Shown one piece after another: positions 22,808 to 36,880 of a stretch of 64,000 nucleotides of DNA. A model generated the notes under the pieces. That model was given only the letters and a program-made list of their open reading frames with translations. It did no database searches and was not told where the DNA came from. This DNA comes from Oopsacas minuta. Lineage: Eukaryota; Animalia; Porifera. The position numbers were made by a program, and so were the translations under genes. The stretch lies in the NCBI GenBank assembly GCA_024704765.1, contig JAKMXF010000066.1:186001-250000 (forward strand), given 5' to 3'. Within the stretch, counting starts at the first letter, position 1; every line of letters begins with the position of its first letter.

Positions 22808-24040
22808 TCAATTATGAGGTATCTCGAAACAAGGAAATGCTGATTTCATAGGATCTATCATGTCAGCAAGGAAGTATAGTTCCCCAGCTAAACCTTCAAA
22901 TAGAGAGAAAGGATTGTCTGGAGTTCCTTCAGTGTCTTCTCGATCCATAATCCATTCAGCAAATGCCCTGGCCTGTCGGAGATACTTTGAATCATGCGTG
23001 TGTCTGAACAGAGATAGAAACGCATATGCATTTCCACTTACACCGTGACACAGGTTATGTCCTTTAGTCAACAGACCTCGTGTCCACGTGACGTCAGCAG
23101 CAGATTCAGTTGCCTCAGCCAACCTTGCTACACCCAATTTGTGAGATTTAGCTAGACATAGCATAGGCAGAACTCCAGGAGCTCCGTGACAGAACTGCAC
23201 TAACGTATCTCTATGTCCACTCTCTATAGAAGACGGAAAATTCCCATTTGTCTTCTGTACTGAAATGATATACTCAATGAATGAAATTAACAGAGGTTTC
23301 AATTCAGGGTTCTTATCCTGATTAACCTGTAGCAGTTGACAAGCAATCCCTGCCATACCGTGTGCACCACCTATGTAATACTTACTATGCCAGGAATACG
23401 ATAGTGGACAATTCATGAGGGATGCTCCAGCTGATTTACCTGCCTTCAAGATAAACGTCACAAGATCTTTTATCAAGCCATCCGGGATAGAACCTGGGAT
23501 ATGATGGTTCACGAACAGCAGTGAGTGCAGATAACCAGAATGACCATAGAGTAGCTCAGATGGAAATGGTTTCTTTTTAACCAAATTCCCAAACATATCA
23601 ATTAGGAGATGAATATACTCTTGAGATTCTGCCTCATGTTTAAGCTTTCTGTGTGCAACAGCACCAATGCTGTATAGACCAGCTGGACCATGAAGAAATG
23701 CTATGTTACATTTCTTTATCACTTTCAAACTGTCTTGTACTAATGCAAGAGATTTCTGAAGGTATTTATCACGTAGAGGTAAATCACCAAGCACATAAGT
23801 ATTAGCTAGATGGAAATATAGCATTGCAATACCACCAGTACCTACATACACATCTTTGTATTTTTCTTTGAAAGGATCGTAGTTTTCCTCCAAATATTTA
23901 AGTTTCTTTGCGATGCTAGCTCTCAATTTTTCTCTAAACTCTGTCTCCTTTACATCATCTTTGATAACAATATTGTTAATGTAGTGACGATCATCAGAAG
24001 ATACTTGTAGATCAGAAGGGTATGGATTTGAACCAGCCAT
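22808..24040 (-). CDS. LANCL2: LanC-like protein (LANCL1/2 family)
   Basis: Intronless 410 aa. Motifs VYVGTGG, ELLYGHSGYL, GGAHGMAGI, QFCHGAPG, LCHGVSGNAY and SLFEGLAG; the Zn-binding Cys/Cys/His are intact. LANCL1 versus LANCL2 orthology is not resolved. Confidence 0.9.
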   Translation of the reverse strand: MAGSNPYPSDLQVSSDDRHYINNIVIKDDVKETEFREKLRASIAKKLKYLEENYDPFKEKYKDVYVGTGGIAMLYFHLANTYVLGDLPLRDKYLQKSLALVQDSLKVIKKCNIAFLHGPAGLYSIGAVAHRKLKHEAESQEYIHLLIDMFGNLVKKKPFPSELLYGHSGYLHSLLFVNHHIPGSIPDGLIKDLVTFILKAGKSAGASLMNCPLSYSWHSKYYIGGAHGMAGIACQLLQVNQDKNPELKPLLISFIEYIISVQKTNGNFPSSIESGHRDTLVQFCHGAPGVLPMLCLAKSHKLGVARLAEATESAADVTWTRGLLTKGHNLCHGVSGNAYAFLSLFRHTHDSKYLRQARAFAEWIMDREDTEGTPDNPFSLFEGLAGELYFLADMIDPMKSAFPCFEIPHN

Positions 24041-24126
24041 TATGAGGGAATAATGAAAACTGAATAACTAATTTATGAAATAGAGAGTAGTTATTTAACC
24101 AGAATTAATATCCATAGCACCATATA

Positions 24127-24681
24127 TCTATATTATTAAATCTCAATTGTTGTCTGTCTGTCTGTTTGTTTGTTTGTTTGTTTGTCCGTTGTTAAGGAAA
24201 GGATTTATGGTATGCAATTTTGAAATTGTCTCATAACTATGTATTTATCGTGTTTATCAAGGAAGTAATTAGAATTCAATAAAACTTCACTAAATATATC
24301 GAACATGCTGAATCCGACTTCCCACTTTTGGATTAATCATATGTAAATTTATTGTTGTTTTTATGAATATAAAGTAAACAAATTTCAAAATTGAGGTAGA
24401 ATCATACTTTCAACGACAATACTAGGGTAATCGAGTATGCTGAGTCCGAATATGGTATTGTAAACAACATACTGTGAATATTGTTTACTTTTAGGTACAT
24501 AAAGTAAACAAATTTCAAAATTGTTGTAGAATCATACTTTCAACGACTATACTGGCATACTCGAGTATACTGAGTGTGAATATTATATAAAACATCATTA
24601 AATCTCAATTGTTGTTTGTCTGTTGAATAACTCGAGGCGCAATGCGCTGAGTTCATCGCGAAGCGACGAGCCAAAGCCTCG
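24127..24681 (+). mobile_element. Non-autonomous Helitron-like element (family A)
   Basis: A|TC 5' end (TCTATATTATTAAATCTC) followed by a (TCTG)/(TTTG) microsatellite; internal ~130-bp tandem units; 3' hairpin TCGC-GAA-GCGA and end CTCG|T. Confidence 0.7.
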
Positions 24682-25295
24682 TAGTATATAAATTAATTAA
24701 ATTTTATAGAAACATATGATACAGACTACGAAATTGTAGCTGCTTATTTAGTGATGTAATTCATGGAGATTGGTGTGTATTGGCAATAATTTGATCCAAT
24801 TTTGTAACAACACATAGTGCTACGATTTTCCAAAGTATTTATTAGTATAAATTCTAGTTTACTAATCAATGCAACATTTACTTGTGTTACATATCGAAGT
24901 TAGTAAATCAAACATATTCCTAGTAGTATTCGTTTTGTTTTTCAATTTTAGCTTTGTAATTGCTCAAGAATGAATTGTACATGAACCATGGGTCCACAGC
25001 CTACATAAATACAACAACTTTGAGAAAATGGCGTTAATTTCAATTCCTATATAAATGACATCTATTGCTTACATGGAGTATCGTGAAGTAATAATCAATT
25101 TATTTATCACACAAGGTAATAATGAAACAAAATCGAAAATAATTCATAAATAATTTCTCATAAAACACTAAGAATACACAATTTACTATAAAGTAGAAAT
25201 CTATTCAAATTCTCCTAAGATTGTCATTTATAGAATTGAAACATCTCAAACAACAACTACAGAAGTGATAATATAAAGCTAATAGGATATAGTAT

Positions 25296-28200
25296 TTAGT
25301 TTGGATCAGATTTGAGAAAGGTAGAGTACATATCTGCATACAAATCTAGAGAGTCAGGATTAACAAGAGATCCTCTAGACTTCACTTCTTCTCCACATAA
25401 AACTCTCTTAACGGCTACTTCTACTTTCTTACCGTTAGTAGTGTATGGGATCTCTTGAGTCTCGTATATCAGGTGTGGCACGTGACGCGCTGATAACTCG
25501 TTCCTAATCTGCAGCTTAACTTTCTGTATTAATTCTTCTGATAGTTTGTAGTCACTACTCATTTTAAGGAATAGTATAACTCTTTCATCTCCTTTAAACG
25601 GTTGTCCTATACACAGACTATCTTCTATTTCCTCATTCATTTCTACAATACTGTAGATCTCAGCACTGCCAAATCTAACACCAGATGGATTAAGTGTGCT
25701 ATCACTTCGCCCTAACATAACCAGACCACCTGTACGCTCGTTAATCATACAGAAATCTCCGTGGGTCCATACGTCAGGGTACCCATTGAAATACGCTTTA
25801 TTATACTTGTTGTTACCTGGATCATTCATGAAGTGAGTTGGCTGACTAGGAAATGGTTTTGTGACAACTAACTCGCCGCTTCTGTTAAACACAGGTTGTC
25901 CTTTCTCGTTCCAAGATTCCACAGCCATGCCTAGGTTTCTAGCTTGTATTTCCCCGGCAAAAACGGGAAGTTTAGGATTCTGACCAACAAAGCAAGATAT
26001 AATATCAGTACCACCGGAAATAGAACCCAAACAAACCTGCTTCTTAATGCTCTTATACACATACCTGAAGTTGTCAGGTTTTAAGGGAGACCCAGTAGAT
26101 AGTATCGTATGCAGCGTGCTCAGTTTATGAGTTTTGATTGGTTCAACTCGTCTTTCCTGCAGAGCTGATATCCACTTAGCCCCGGTACCCAGGACAGTAA
26201 TACCTATCTTATCAATAAGGTCAAACAGTACGGCAGGGGTAGGCACAAATGGAGATCCATCATATAACACTATAGCGCTACCCACGGATAGAGCAGATAC
26301 TAACCAATTCCACATCATCCAGCCTGTAGTGGAATAATATATTATGACGTCATTATACGTCATGTTACCATGTAGCATATGTTCCTTCATATGCTGGAGC
26401 AAGGTACCCCCCACGGAGTGCACCATACATTTCGGAGGACCTGTGGTACCAGAGGAGAACATTATGTAGAGAGGATGGTTAAAGGGGACCTGTACGAACT
26501 CTATAATATCTCCAGTAGAGACGTGTCCTGCCAGGAAGGATTGGAGACTGATGGCATTCTATAACAGAAAATGTAAGTAAAATACTGTCTTCATTTTGAA
26601 TTAGAAATGTTAGTACAGGATTCAATAGGTGTGGTTAACAATAGATTGAGTATATAAGCTAGATAATCAAGGTTCAACGCTAAAATGACTTGGTTCTTGC
26701 AAATGTTTGAAAATCTAAACAAGCTTACTTACTTGCTACACGACCTCGTCATATGAATAACGAATAAATAATCTATGTAAGAAATTGTGAAAATGTCATA
26801 ACTTCTTGTCCAGGCCAGGACAACATAGATTTTAATCATAATAAGGTGAATCAATTCCCATTAATCAAGTGGAATTAAGTGGCTAGCAATAACCACGTCA
26901 GTGTAGGTAGAGTTTATAAAATAACATATTTGTAACATTACTGGCTATTACATGGCATAATTAACGATAAGATTGTATTGTCTGATAAGGATTGCACAAG
27001 TTGTGTAATAAAATTTATGCAATTTGTATAACATAATCATTTTTATCAAATAAAACAATAAGAGACTATAATTAAATAATAAATAACAAAATCTAAAATT
27101 ATACAAAGCTAAAAATACATGCAAAAATTGTTTCACTTGGGGTGGATACGATGGGTACCTCCTTAACGAATTCTTTTCAGAGAAAATAGTTTGAATAAAC
27201 AGAATAAAGATGGCAAATATTTGGTAACTATTGTAAACAACGAAAATAGAAAATGTTTACAAAAGTAAACATTTTCTAAAAATAACTACTGCCACTTAAG
27301 ATGTGAACTACTGGAAGTTGATAAGGATATTATTATGGAAGTTGATAAGGATATTATTATGGAAGTTGATAAGGATATTATTATGGAAGTTGATAAGGAT
27401 ATTATATTGTAGAACTTTGGATCATGAAATATTCCAAATTATGATATCATTTTGAAAGTTTTCACAACTAAATCTACTAAATATTCTAACAGAGGGTTTG
27501 ATAGTTTGAGATAGGGACATTGAGGGGGTGTGTGAGCAGCTTCAGCTAGGCCTTCTCATAGTAGGGGATTGAGAGTGCTGAAAAACGAGTTTGGTTTGCA
27601 TATGGATCATTCTTTTTTGTAACACTCAATTCATAAGATAGCGCTGCACACACATTATCCCGTGAGTACTATATAAATTCACATCGTCTTTCCCGTAATG
27701 ATTGCCAGAGCCTTAAAACCGAAACAGCTTTGGCACCATGAAAGACTTCACACTGAGATGGTCAGTAATTTAGTTTCCAAATAATATTGTATTATTCTTA
27801 CAAATCAATCTCGAGTTCAGAAACTATCGTGACTTACAAAATGTATTAATTGACAATTATCTTCTAAGATCTCGGACGGACGGACTAACTGATTGAACAC
27901 CCTCGAATAAATATTTCAATAATTTATTGAGGCGGGTCAAGCGTTCCGTGTAAACAGATAAATCAGGTTATGTTGTGTATTATAGTTAATCTGATGAAAT
28001 CTAATGACATAATTAGTGTAATTGATCCTACATATTTGATACCAAATATTCTAATAAATTCTTCATATCAATACAGATAGCAAGGTATCTAACATTTATG
28101 CTCCATTCAATCTGTTGTAAATATTTAACTACTACAGGTATAGATGATACGTAACTTTTGTACCATTCTTATCAAGTGTTAATTATTAAAACCAGAAAGT

Positions 28201-29004
28201 TATGAGTTACATAAGAACTTTCAATCATATCCTAATAATAATTTCCTACATATCCATGATGGTATTATGATAATATTATTTATTACATATTTTACTAATC
28301 TTTGAACAAAAACCAAGACAGGTGCAGTAATTACGTCAATAAATTTGCTCGATCTTTACAAAAAACCAAAATTAGTATCGAACTTTTTACTTTCAACCAC
28401 ATTATTAAATCGTGACAATATGCAATTGTGCCAAAATCATTTAATTACTGAATAATATGATAATTCATTATACCACTGTAGGTGCGGACTAGTTTTTGCA
28501 AGTTGTGTGTAGGAGTTCCGTATATTCGAGTAGTAACTTAGATGATTACTAGCTTTAACATATTTACTCATTAGATAGAGAATATTATAACAGATGCATA
28601 TAATTAAAAAGAATTTCGCATCTCATCATTACATGTAAGGCTAGTGTGAGCTATGTGTTTACATTTAGTTTATCCAATTACGAGTATTCTCTATTGGATA
28701 AATTGTTTGTGAAATGACTAAGACTAGCCCTCCTTATACACATCTTACTCCCATAGTAAGTAAGTATGCAAAGACCTCTCCTCCCTATTTCCTTTAATAT
28801 TAGATATTAGATAAGTGAAGTAGTGAACTATGTATTAACAGTGATATCATTTAAGCCATAATATTACCAATAAAGTTACATAATGCAACTTCCTTGAATA
28901 TTATATTAGTAGGTCTGTAAAATTTGCTTACTACCTCCGTCCCTTTCCAACGCTACGTAACATTTCATGTCTTTATATCTAATCAATATTAATAATACTC
29001 AATT

Positions 29005-29096
<92 letters not shown>

Positions 29097-32000
29097 TTGT
29101 CTACTTTGTATAATAATGATAGGGGAAGATGATCTGTGTAAATAATATAGGGAATAATATATCCTTCTGTTGACGATGAAGGAAAAGTAAATAATTACAT
29201 TGAGGTAATCGAGTATGCTGATTCCAATTTTCAGGCTTTTGAATTAATCATATGTAAATTTATTCGTTGTTTTTATGAATATAAAGTAAACAAATATTTG
29301 AAACCTTAAAATACACGTAGAAACTGGCTCTTAACGGCTATAGATTGGTATCAAAGGATGCTGAATCCTAATTTCGCATACTCAAGATACTCTTAAGTAA
29401 ATTCTGTTGTTTTTATGAATATAAAGTAAACAAATTTTGAAATATTAATTTATTACTCAATTTTGCAATTTTGTACATTACTAAATTCGAGGCACGAAGT
29501 GCCGAGTCCCATGTGAAGATAAAATGTTCGCAAGCCACCCAGCGCGAGCAAGCGAAGCGGCTCGTTACTCGTAAAATTAGTTGCAAATTAAAATAATGAA
29601 ATTTCCAGTTATTATTTGAACATAGCTTATTTGTTTTGACCAAATAACGTAACATGAATGTATAAGTAATGCGTAATTTAATAGGGAATTATCTATAATA
29701 TTAAGCATTTACTCTTTTTCTCCATCTTCATTCTTTGTGCCTGGACTGCAAACATCACCTCATCGAACACGTTAGATGTTCCCAATTGATTTATAGAGGA
29801 ACATTCTGTATACTTTCTACAACCTACCTTCCTGAGCCGCTTGGCTAGATCTGAGCCTTCTTTATAGTTAACGGGTGTCTGTTTACGAGCAATAAGGTTA
29901 GTGCATGTCTTCTCGTGATGTCTTAAATCTGTCTTTAATCCTACGAGTATAAACTGCTTTTTCGGGGCAAAGTGGTGTATTTCTTGTACCCACTTTGTTA
30001 GAACATTATCGAAGCTATTCCTGTTTACAACAGAGAAGCAGAGTAGGAAACAATCTGCATCCGAGTACACTAGGGGTCTCAATCTTTCATACTCCTCCTG
30101 ACCGGCTGTATCTTTGATTTGCAGGTCGTATTCTTTACCATTGAATCGTTGAGTAGTACTATAACTGTCAAAGACGGTTGGAACGTGTTTAAGATTGTAT
30201 GCGTTCTCTAAGAATGACGTCACAAGACATGTCTTGCCAATATTCCCATCACCGATTACAACGCAATTAACTGACTGATAGTATTGGGGATTTGTAGAAG
30301 TCATTTTGATCCGAAGTTTGATTTAAGTTCTATTTATTTTCATTGCTTTTCTATCTCCTATTTATACGACTAGTTTTCAACTCAGTACTTTGAAGTTGGT
30401 TGTATCAAACATTTTCAATATTCTGCTTAATCAGTAGTTTCAGTAATAATATTAATTTCAAAGGGGGATTAGTGATCTTTGGTAATAATGGAATGAATTA
30501 TATACTATTCATAATTTCATAATTGCTAATTTTCTGGCACTTGGATGATCTCAGGATTTAATATCCAGAGTTGTGAGAACTAGTAATTGAACCTATTTTG
30601 AAGTATTCTTGTATCCGTAATTGAAACAATGCTATTATCTCGTAACTTAATATATACCTTCTTATAACCAAAACTTTCTTATGCGTAATCAATTGTCTTA
30701 TATGCGAAATTATTTAAGTGTAAATTTCGTAAAAGATGCGATCAATCTAGGGTTTAGAAAATTAAAAATATATGAATTCTTCTTTAAAATAACAAAACAA
30801 TAATGTGGGACATTTTAAATTGACTTCGTGATATTGTCAGGAATCTCTGTACAATTAATTATATACCGAAAAATCCTGAACATTCAATAATATTAAATTC
30901 TTTTGCTCAGTTTGCTAGCAATTAAGTCAAATGTTACAGCTTAACTTGATTCCTATTATGCAACAGAAAAACAGACGCTAAATGCTATGTACATTACTAC
31001 GTAGTAATTAGGATGATATAGAAATCGAATCGAAAATTTTCCCAATTATAATGTAATATTCCCTATACTAATACTATGAATTGAAAATACATGGCGGGAC
31101 ATCACAACCAGACCACGCGTCCTAAGTCGGGGATAGCGCATTTACCCTAAGAGGAGGTTTAGAATCATGAAGATGCCTCAGACAGATGGATGATGGATCA
31201 ACATAAAAGTACACGTATTCTTAAAACATTATTAATACAATTTACTATACTAAGCATGAGGAGCCATGCTATAATCAACAACATGTTTTATAATAATAAT
31301 AAATCGAAACCGGATGACTAAGTTCTATAATTTTGCTTACTTGTACCCTTGAATGTACGAAAATATATTTGTTTGGATTATTGATTAAAACCATGAAAAT
31401 GAAACTGAGGTAAATACTTCTGCGTATGATACATATAACAATTACATAATTGGTATTAAGAAATGCAATTTGTGAAAACTAACAGTATATTAAAAAAAAT
31501 TTTTCCTATGAAAAGTTGTGGAAAGTGAAATGAATATATGTATAACTTTCGCTTTCAAATTTCGACAGACTTGACTTTTGTCGTTTCGCGAACGATTACT
31601 GAAAATTACAACCAAATCACTATGAAACACAATTATAATTCTATTTTTGGATAGGAATAATTCCATTACTAAATATTACAGAAACATTATGTACAACCGT
31701 ACAATATTATCAGAATTGACGCGTTTAACTCGCTTTGGGAGAAACACTGAATATTATTAATCATATCAATGCACTGTTGTAATATTATACTAGTAACTAA
31801 CCTTTATTCCAGATAGATCTAGTTCAATCTCAGGACGTACATATCCCATAACAATAACACGCTCTACTTCAGGCAATCCATCTACCACTTGTTTAAGTCT
31901 ATCCACGTGCATATGTATTTTATTGTTGTATCTATAAGGGGAATAGACAATTATTTAAAATTACTGTTTACGGACAGTTCAATAATTTAGAGATGAAAAT

Positions 32001-34615
32001 CAGGAAAATATGTCCTGAACTCTCAAATTCAATAGTGTCCCCGAGACGGGTAGCTTACAGTACTCCCAGATACCCAAGTGGAATTGAAGCCACACATTAC
32101 AAACTTCACATATCTATAGCCTTATTTTTAACAAAATTGTTTGTTTGTCCAGAATAACTTTGGAAGACAATGCACTACAGAGAAAGGGAGCACGAAATAC
32201 AGCTAACATAAATTGGTTTAGACAACAGAATAAAGAAGATGACTTAAAGAAGCTGGATAAAACCTTGCTACAATACATTGAATCGAAGAGTTAATTTCTA
32301 TAAAGTTATAAATAATAATAGTAATAATTTACCGGACCCCATCCACAGAGAACATTACTTTAGGTTTGATCTGAGAGAATCTGTCTAACACCCCAGTAAC
32401 ACCAAAATCAGGAGAAGCACTACTCCATATAGCTCCTAAGCTTACAGAAGCTAGCATAGCTTCTACTGCTAGAGCACAATTAGGAATATATCCTACTACT
32501 TTATCTCCTTTCTCTACTCCACAGGATTTAAGGGCAGTAGCTATGAGGGATACTCTACACTTCAGTTCTGAAAATGTTATCTTCCTAATCTCCTGTCCCT
32601 CTCCTAAATAAATACAGAAGTTTTACTTTCAGCCTGAACACTCTATATCTGCTTCAGGCATTTTTGAGCTGATTTAGTAATGATAATTGATTATACAATA
32701 CAATTTATCATTTTATCAAAATGTAGAGATACCATGGATACTCAATATTATGTTGGATTGTTATATACGAGCAATTTCGCAGTATAGAATGGATCATAAA
32801 CTATCTGCGTGTATTTCCAACATGTTTCGATTGTCTACACAACAATACAACCAAAAGATTCTGCTATTTCTATGACAACCACTAACGTGCATTGGTATTC
32901 TCAGTTTCCATAATTGAGTAAAGAAATCACATCATTGAAAACATTTCAAACATCCAAGAATGCAGAAGCTACTCGTAAGTCTGTTGAGGTGAATAATGTA
33001 ATCACTAACATATGAATATGCTAATCAACAAAATGGCACAATTCGAAGCTGTCACTACACTATAACAAATACAGTTATGTCAAACTCAGGAATGAATCAG
33101 GACTAGAAGAGCGAATTATCTACTCATTAAACTGTAAAGTAAGAATTAAATAACACAGAATGTATGCATGCGGTTAGTCTTTAACGAGGGCATACTATCC
33201 TTCTACAAACATTGAACTAATCAGTGGATACACAACTGAAATCCCACGAAACTTTTGAATCCGATCTTCAAATGTCCCAATTATTACAACTGTAAACTCA
33301 GAGTCTAAAGATGTCACACAAGGGAACTTGGATAATCTCTCAGTAACTGCCTGTAATAGCTGTTGGAAAGCTAACAATAAAATCTATATAAAGATTAATC
33401 AAATCAGCTAATTTACATAGCTAATTGTATAAACAGTCAGATTCAACTAATTTTCCATTTTAGGTAATCAGATATTGGAGAGGCTTACTCACAAGTAATC
33501 ATATGGGATATTTGTGACAGAAGACCACGTCTTAGTTACGGACACATCTTCATACTATGTTCCAATTCAATTAGTATAAGCTGTGAGAAGTGCCAGAGGA
33601 GCAGGTATGTTATCCACATGGATCAAAATATGCATAAGCAGTAGACTTCCCTTAATAGGGCCACAGCGAGACAAGGCCATTCCCGATTAACCGAGTAATT
33701 TAACACATCCGTATTGTCCAGTTTCTGGCCAAGTGACCCAATCAACTCTGGCTTTATTAAGCGTAGTCTACTGTATGTAGATACAGTGACAGTTTCACTA
33801 CTCAGAACTCAAAATCCTCAAAGATTTGGTACTCAACAAATAGGTTGTTCTAAAGATGTAAATAGTGTAATAAATAGTATTTTAGTGTAAATATGTCCAA
33901 ATTAGGTTGACATCTATCTCGTATATTCTTCCAGGGGATGATGCTATTGACTATGTTTCTTCTATTTGGTGGTGACAGAGGAGAACATTCCCATAACTGG
34001 TTTTAGCATTAATGAGACAATCAAGAACTCCCTCTTTCATAACAACTAATACATACACAATTGCAAGAGCGGTAGACAGACGAGTAAGAGCCAATTTCTA
34101 GGTCAATGTGGTAACACTAATATCACAATTTCCGGGATCGATAGTGAATCCAACATATTCGCCAACTATAGAAATATATAATATAACCCGATTTTGGCGG
34201 GACGTCCCGCATTTCTGGAGATTTGTATAGTAGCAATATTAATTAAAGTGCATGAATTTAAGTAATAAATACCTGTAGTAAACATAGCAGGTCTGTCAGG
34301 ATACTTTTCAGCAAATCTGAGAAGATTCTCTGCGAAATTAAGTCTAGCGCCTGAGAACCATTCTGGGACATCCTTCACTCCCTTACTCGTATCCACAACT
34401 TTATTGAATGTCTGTGATGTGACAATACCTGAATAATTATAAAAATCTTCCCAGAACTCAGCATACTTATTTATTGACCATTCATACAGCTGTTTATAAC
34501 TCCCATCTAAACTCATGCTACGTTTTGTATTCACGAAATCTATAAAAGCATCCATGTTAGTACGTAGGTCAGCTGGAGGCTTCCATAAGAGCTCGTCAGA
34601 ATTAGAACTAGACAT
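25296..34615 (-). CDS. AACS: Acetoacetyl-CoA synthetase, 4 exons, 668 aa
   Basis: Exons 34615-34273, 32603-32333, 31931-31802 and 26558-25296 are all GT-AG and phase-consistent (2007 nt). The translation includes [69 protein letters not shown] and [10 protein letters not shown]. Confidence 0.95.
27312..27404. repeat. 24-bp minisatellite (about 3.9 copies)
   Basis: tggaagttgataaggatattatta repeated head-to-tail without spacers. Confidence 0.95.
28978..29571 (+). mobile_element. Non-autonomous Helitron-like element (family B) containing a long (TG)n
   Basis: A|TCTAATCAATATT 5' end followed by (TG)n at ~29008-29092. Internal blocks are shared with the 24127 element (gagtatgctga.tcc, ttaatcatatgtaaattta, tataaagtaaacaaat). 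3' hairpin CGAGC...GCTCG and end CTCG|T. Confidence 0.65.
29693..30304 (-). CDS. Rho-family small GTPase (Cdc42/Rac-like), nested in AACS intron 3
   Basis: [37 protein letters not shown], Rho insert and C-terminal CLIL CAAX box; single exon. Confidence 0.92.
   Translation of the reverse strand: MTSTNPQYYQSVNCVVIGDGNIGKTCLVTSFLENAYNLKHVPTVFDSYSTTQRFNGKEYDLQIKDTAGQEEYERLRPLVYSDADCFLLCFSVVNRNSFDNVLTKWVQEIHHFAPKKQFILVGLKTDLRHHEKTCTNLIARKQTPVNYKEGSDLAKRLRKVGCRKYTECSSINQLGTSNVFDEVMFAVQAQRMKMEKKSKCLIL
33639..33773. mobile_element. Tc1/pogo-type MITE (CAGT family)
   Basis: cagtagacttcccttaata ... tattaagcgtagtctactg|TA. Confidence 0.55.
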
Positions 34616-35722
34616 GGGAGCTAGTAACAAATAGAAGAGAAATATTCATAGGTTGGTACATGGAAATACGTAGGTTAAATATTGTTAGATCAATATCCGA
34701 ATACATTAAGTTGAGTCAAGGCAGTAGCAAGCAAATGAAGTTGGCCTATGCAAAAATATAGAGTCACCAAATGATGGTCTGGTTTAAACATTACTAACCA
34801 GACCGTCCCCTAAGGCTATGTAGAATACATGGATTATACAATTCTTGGACATTCCTCTAAGCAGTGTTTCCCCAAAATATTAATAATCGCTAATGAGCAT
34901 AACCAATGTAATTCTGGAGGCTTTCCACAAACTCATCAAAAATTGCTTACACCGCTCGCTTTACATACAATATACAGTTTGTGGCCCTCCTTAGCAATTT
35001 ATGGATCCGCTAGTGAATTGGGTTCTAAATTTGTTGGCTAGGGTCATAGATACATGAACATATACAAAGTTGAAACAAATTGAAACACGCTTATTATAGC
35101 AAGTTATTGATTCAATAACCATATATCGCACAAATTGTCTGGTGACCAAAAGCTTTCTAGCAGAATAAGGCAATGGCACCATAATTATAATTGGATCATG
35201 AACCGGAGATTATTTATTAATCGTATACTCTAAAGATATCTGTTACATATTCCAAAACAAACAGATTAAATTAGTCAAAACAAATGCAAGATCGGAGGAA
35301 CTGGCCAGGCACTGGGAGGTCAGCTAATTACCTTGGCCTGTACAACTATGGGACATGCTGGATCAGTTCCCAATTTTGTCAGACCACTTTTAATTTGCTT
35401 CCGCTGGGTCTGAAAAGTATTATGATTTAAAGACAACATGTAGTTATTGCTTTTAAGTTATAAGTAATAATTGTTTGGGGAAATTCGCAGGGTGGGCGTG
35501 GGAATGAAATTTTGATTCCCATTCCCATCCATTTCCACAGGATAAGGGAATCACGTGAAATTCCAATTTCCCACTAGTTCCCCATAGGATTTCCCATGTG
35601 GGAAAACCCGTAAATCGTTTCCCATTCCTTTTCCCACGGACTGCCTATTTCAAGCAAACAATACAATAATGCAATTCTAGTTGAATTCTGATTTTGTAAG
35701 CTAAGGATATTGCATGATTAAA

Positions 35723-36880
35723 TTACAAAATGATACCAACTGAATTCAATGCATTTACTACCCAAACAGGATAATCCAAGTCTGGGAAAAGTGTTTTGAC
35801 AAAAGTTTCAGCAAATTGAGGAAATTTGCCATTACTAATTGCAGTTCTTGCATTCTGCATAAGAGAAAGTAAGTATGCCACATTATGTATAGAAATATAA
35901 CTAAGAGCAGATACTTCATCCATTGATAGTAAAGTATAGAGATAAGCACGTGTGAAGTGTTTACATGTATAGCAACAGCAGTCAGGATATATTGGTTGTT
36001 TGTCGTAGCAAAGAGATTGTCTCTTGAGGTTAATTGTTCCCCAGGGTACTAGAGCAGTACCATTCCTAGCAATACGAGTTGGATACACACAGTCAAACAT
36101 GTCAACACCTAGCGCAGTAGCAACCACGATATCTAGAGGGTATCCCACACCCATCAAGTATCGAGGCTTGTTAGCAGGTAGTAGTTCAGTACAGAGTGAA
36201 ACTACACGCCAGAATTGATCCTTCTCTTCTCCACCACTCAGCCCACCAATGGCATAACCAGGTAGATTTCTCTGAGTCATCTGTTTGATACATTTCCTCC
36301 TCAAGTCGAGATCTAAACCTCCCTGTATTATACCGAATAAGTGCTGGTCCTTCCGTTTATGAGCAGAGATACATCTATCCAGCCAGCGTATAGATCTCAG
36401 CATAGCTTCTTCCACACGAGGCCCTGTGGTTAAGCTAGATACCACATCGTCTAGTTGCATTATGACGTCAGCACCTATCTTGCTTTGAATATTAATAGAC
36501 ATTTCAGGAGTTAGCAACATGAGAGAATCATCATGAGGAGATCGGAATTCTACTCCCTCTTCTGATACTTTACTCATCTTTACTAATGAAACCATCTGAT
36601 AGCCTCCACTATCAGTCAACAGACCATTATTCCAATTCATAAATTTGTGTAGACCACCAACTGATTCTAATACTTTAATACCTGGCCTATTTCCCAAATG
36701 ATAAGTATTACCTAGCATTAGTTTACAATCTAATGATTCCAGCTGTTCAGGGAGGATTCCTTTCAAACTACCCTGTGTACCAACAGGCATAAATACGGGT
36801 GTAGGGACAGACGCATGAGGTAGGTGGAATATATTGTGACGAGCACTTGTAGTTTTGCAAGAAGCTAGAACCTCAATCAT
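35723..36880 (-). CDS. QTRT1: Queuine tRNA-ribosyltransferase catalytic subunit
   Basis: [75 protein letters not shown]...HN Zn site; first ATG at 36880. Confidence 0.95.
   Translation of the reverse strand: MIEVLASCKTTSARHNIFHLPHASVPTPVFMPVGTQGSLKGILPEQLESLDCKLMLGNTYHLGNRPGIKVLESVGGLHKFMNWNNGLLTDSGGYQMVSLVKMSKVSEEGVEFRSPHDDSLMLLTPEMSINIQSKIGADVIMQLDDVVSSLTTGPRVEEAMLRSIRWLDRCISAHKRKDQHLFGIIQGGLDLDLRRKCIKQMTQRNLPGYAIGGLSGGEEKDQFWRVVSLCTELLPANKPRYLMGVGYPLDIVVATALGVDMFDCVYPTRIARNGTALVPWGTINLKRQSLCYDKQPIYPDCCCYTCKHFTRAYLYTLLSMDEVSALSYISIHNVAYLLSLMQNARTAISNGKFPQFAETFVKTLFPDLDYPVWVVNALNSVGIIL

Noticed and set aside
27312-27404. 24-bp repeats superficially like a CRISPR array
   Set aside because: The units are directly adjacent with no unique spacers, the context is eukaryotic, and there are no cas genes; it is a minisatellite.
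33195-33377. 60-aa minus-strand ORF between AACS exons
   Set aside because: AACS exons 1 and 2 join in phase and give a complete protein without it; there is no recognisable motif.
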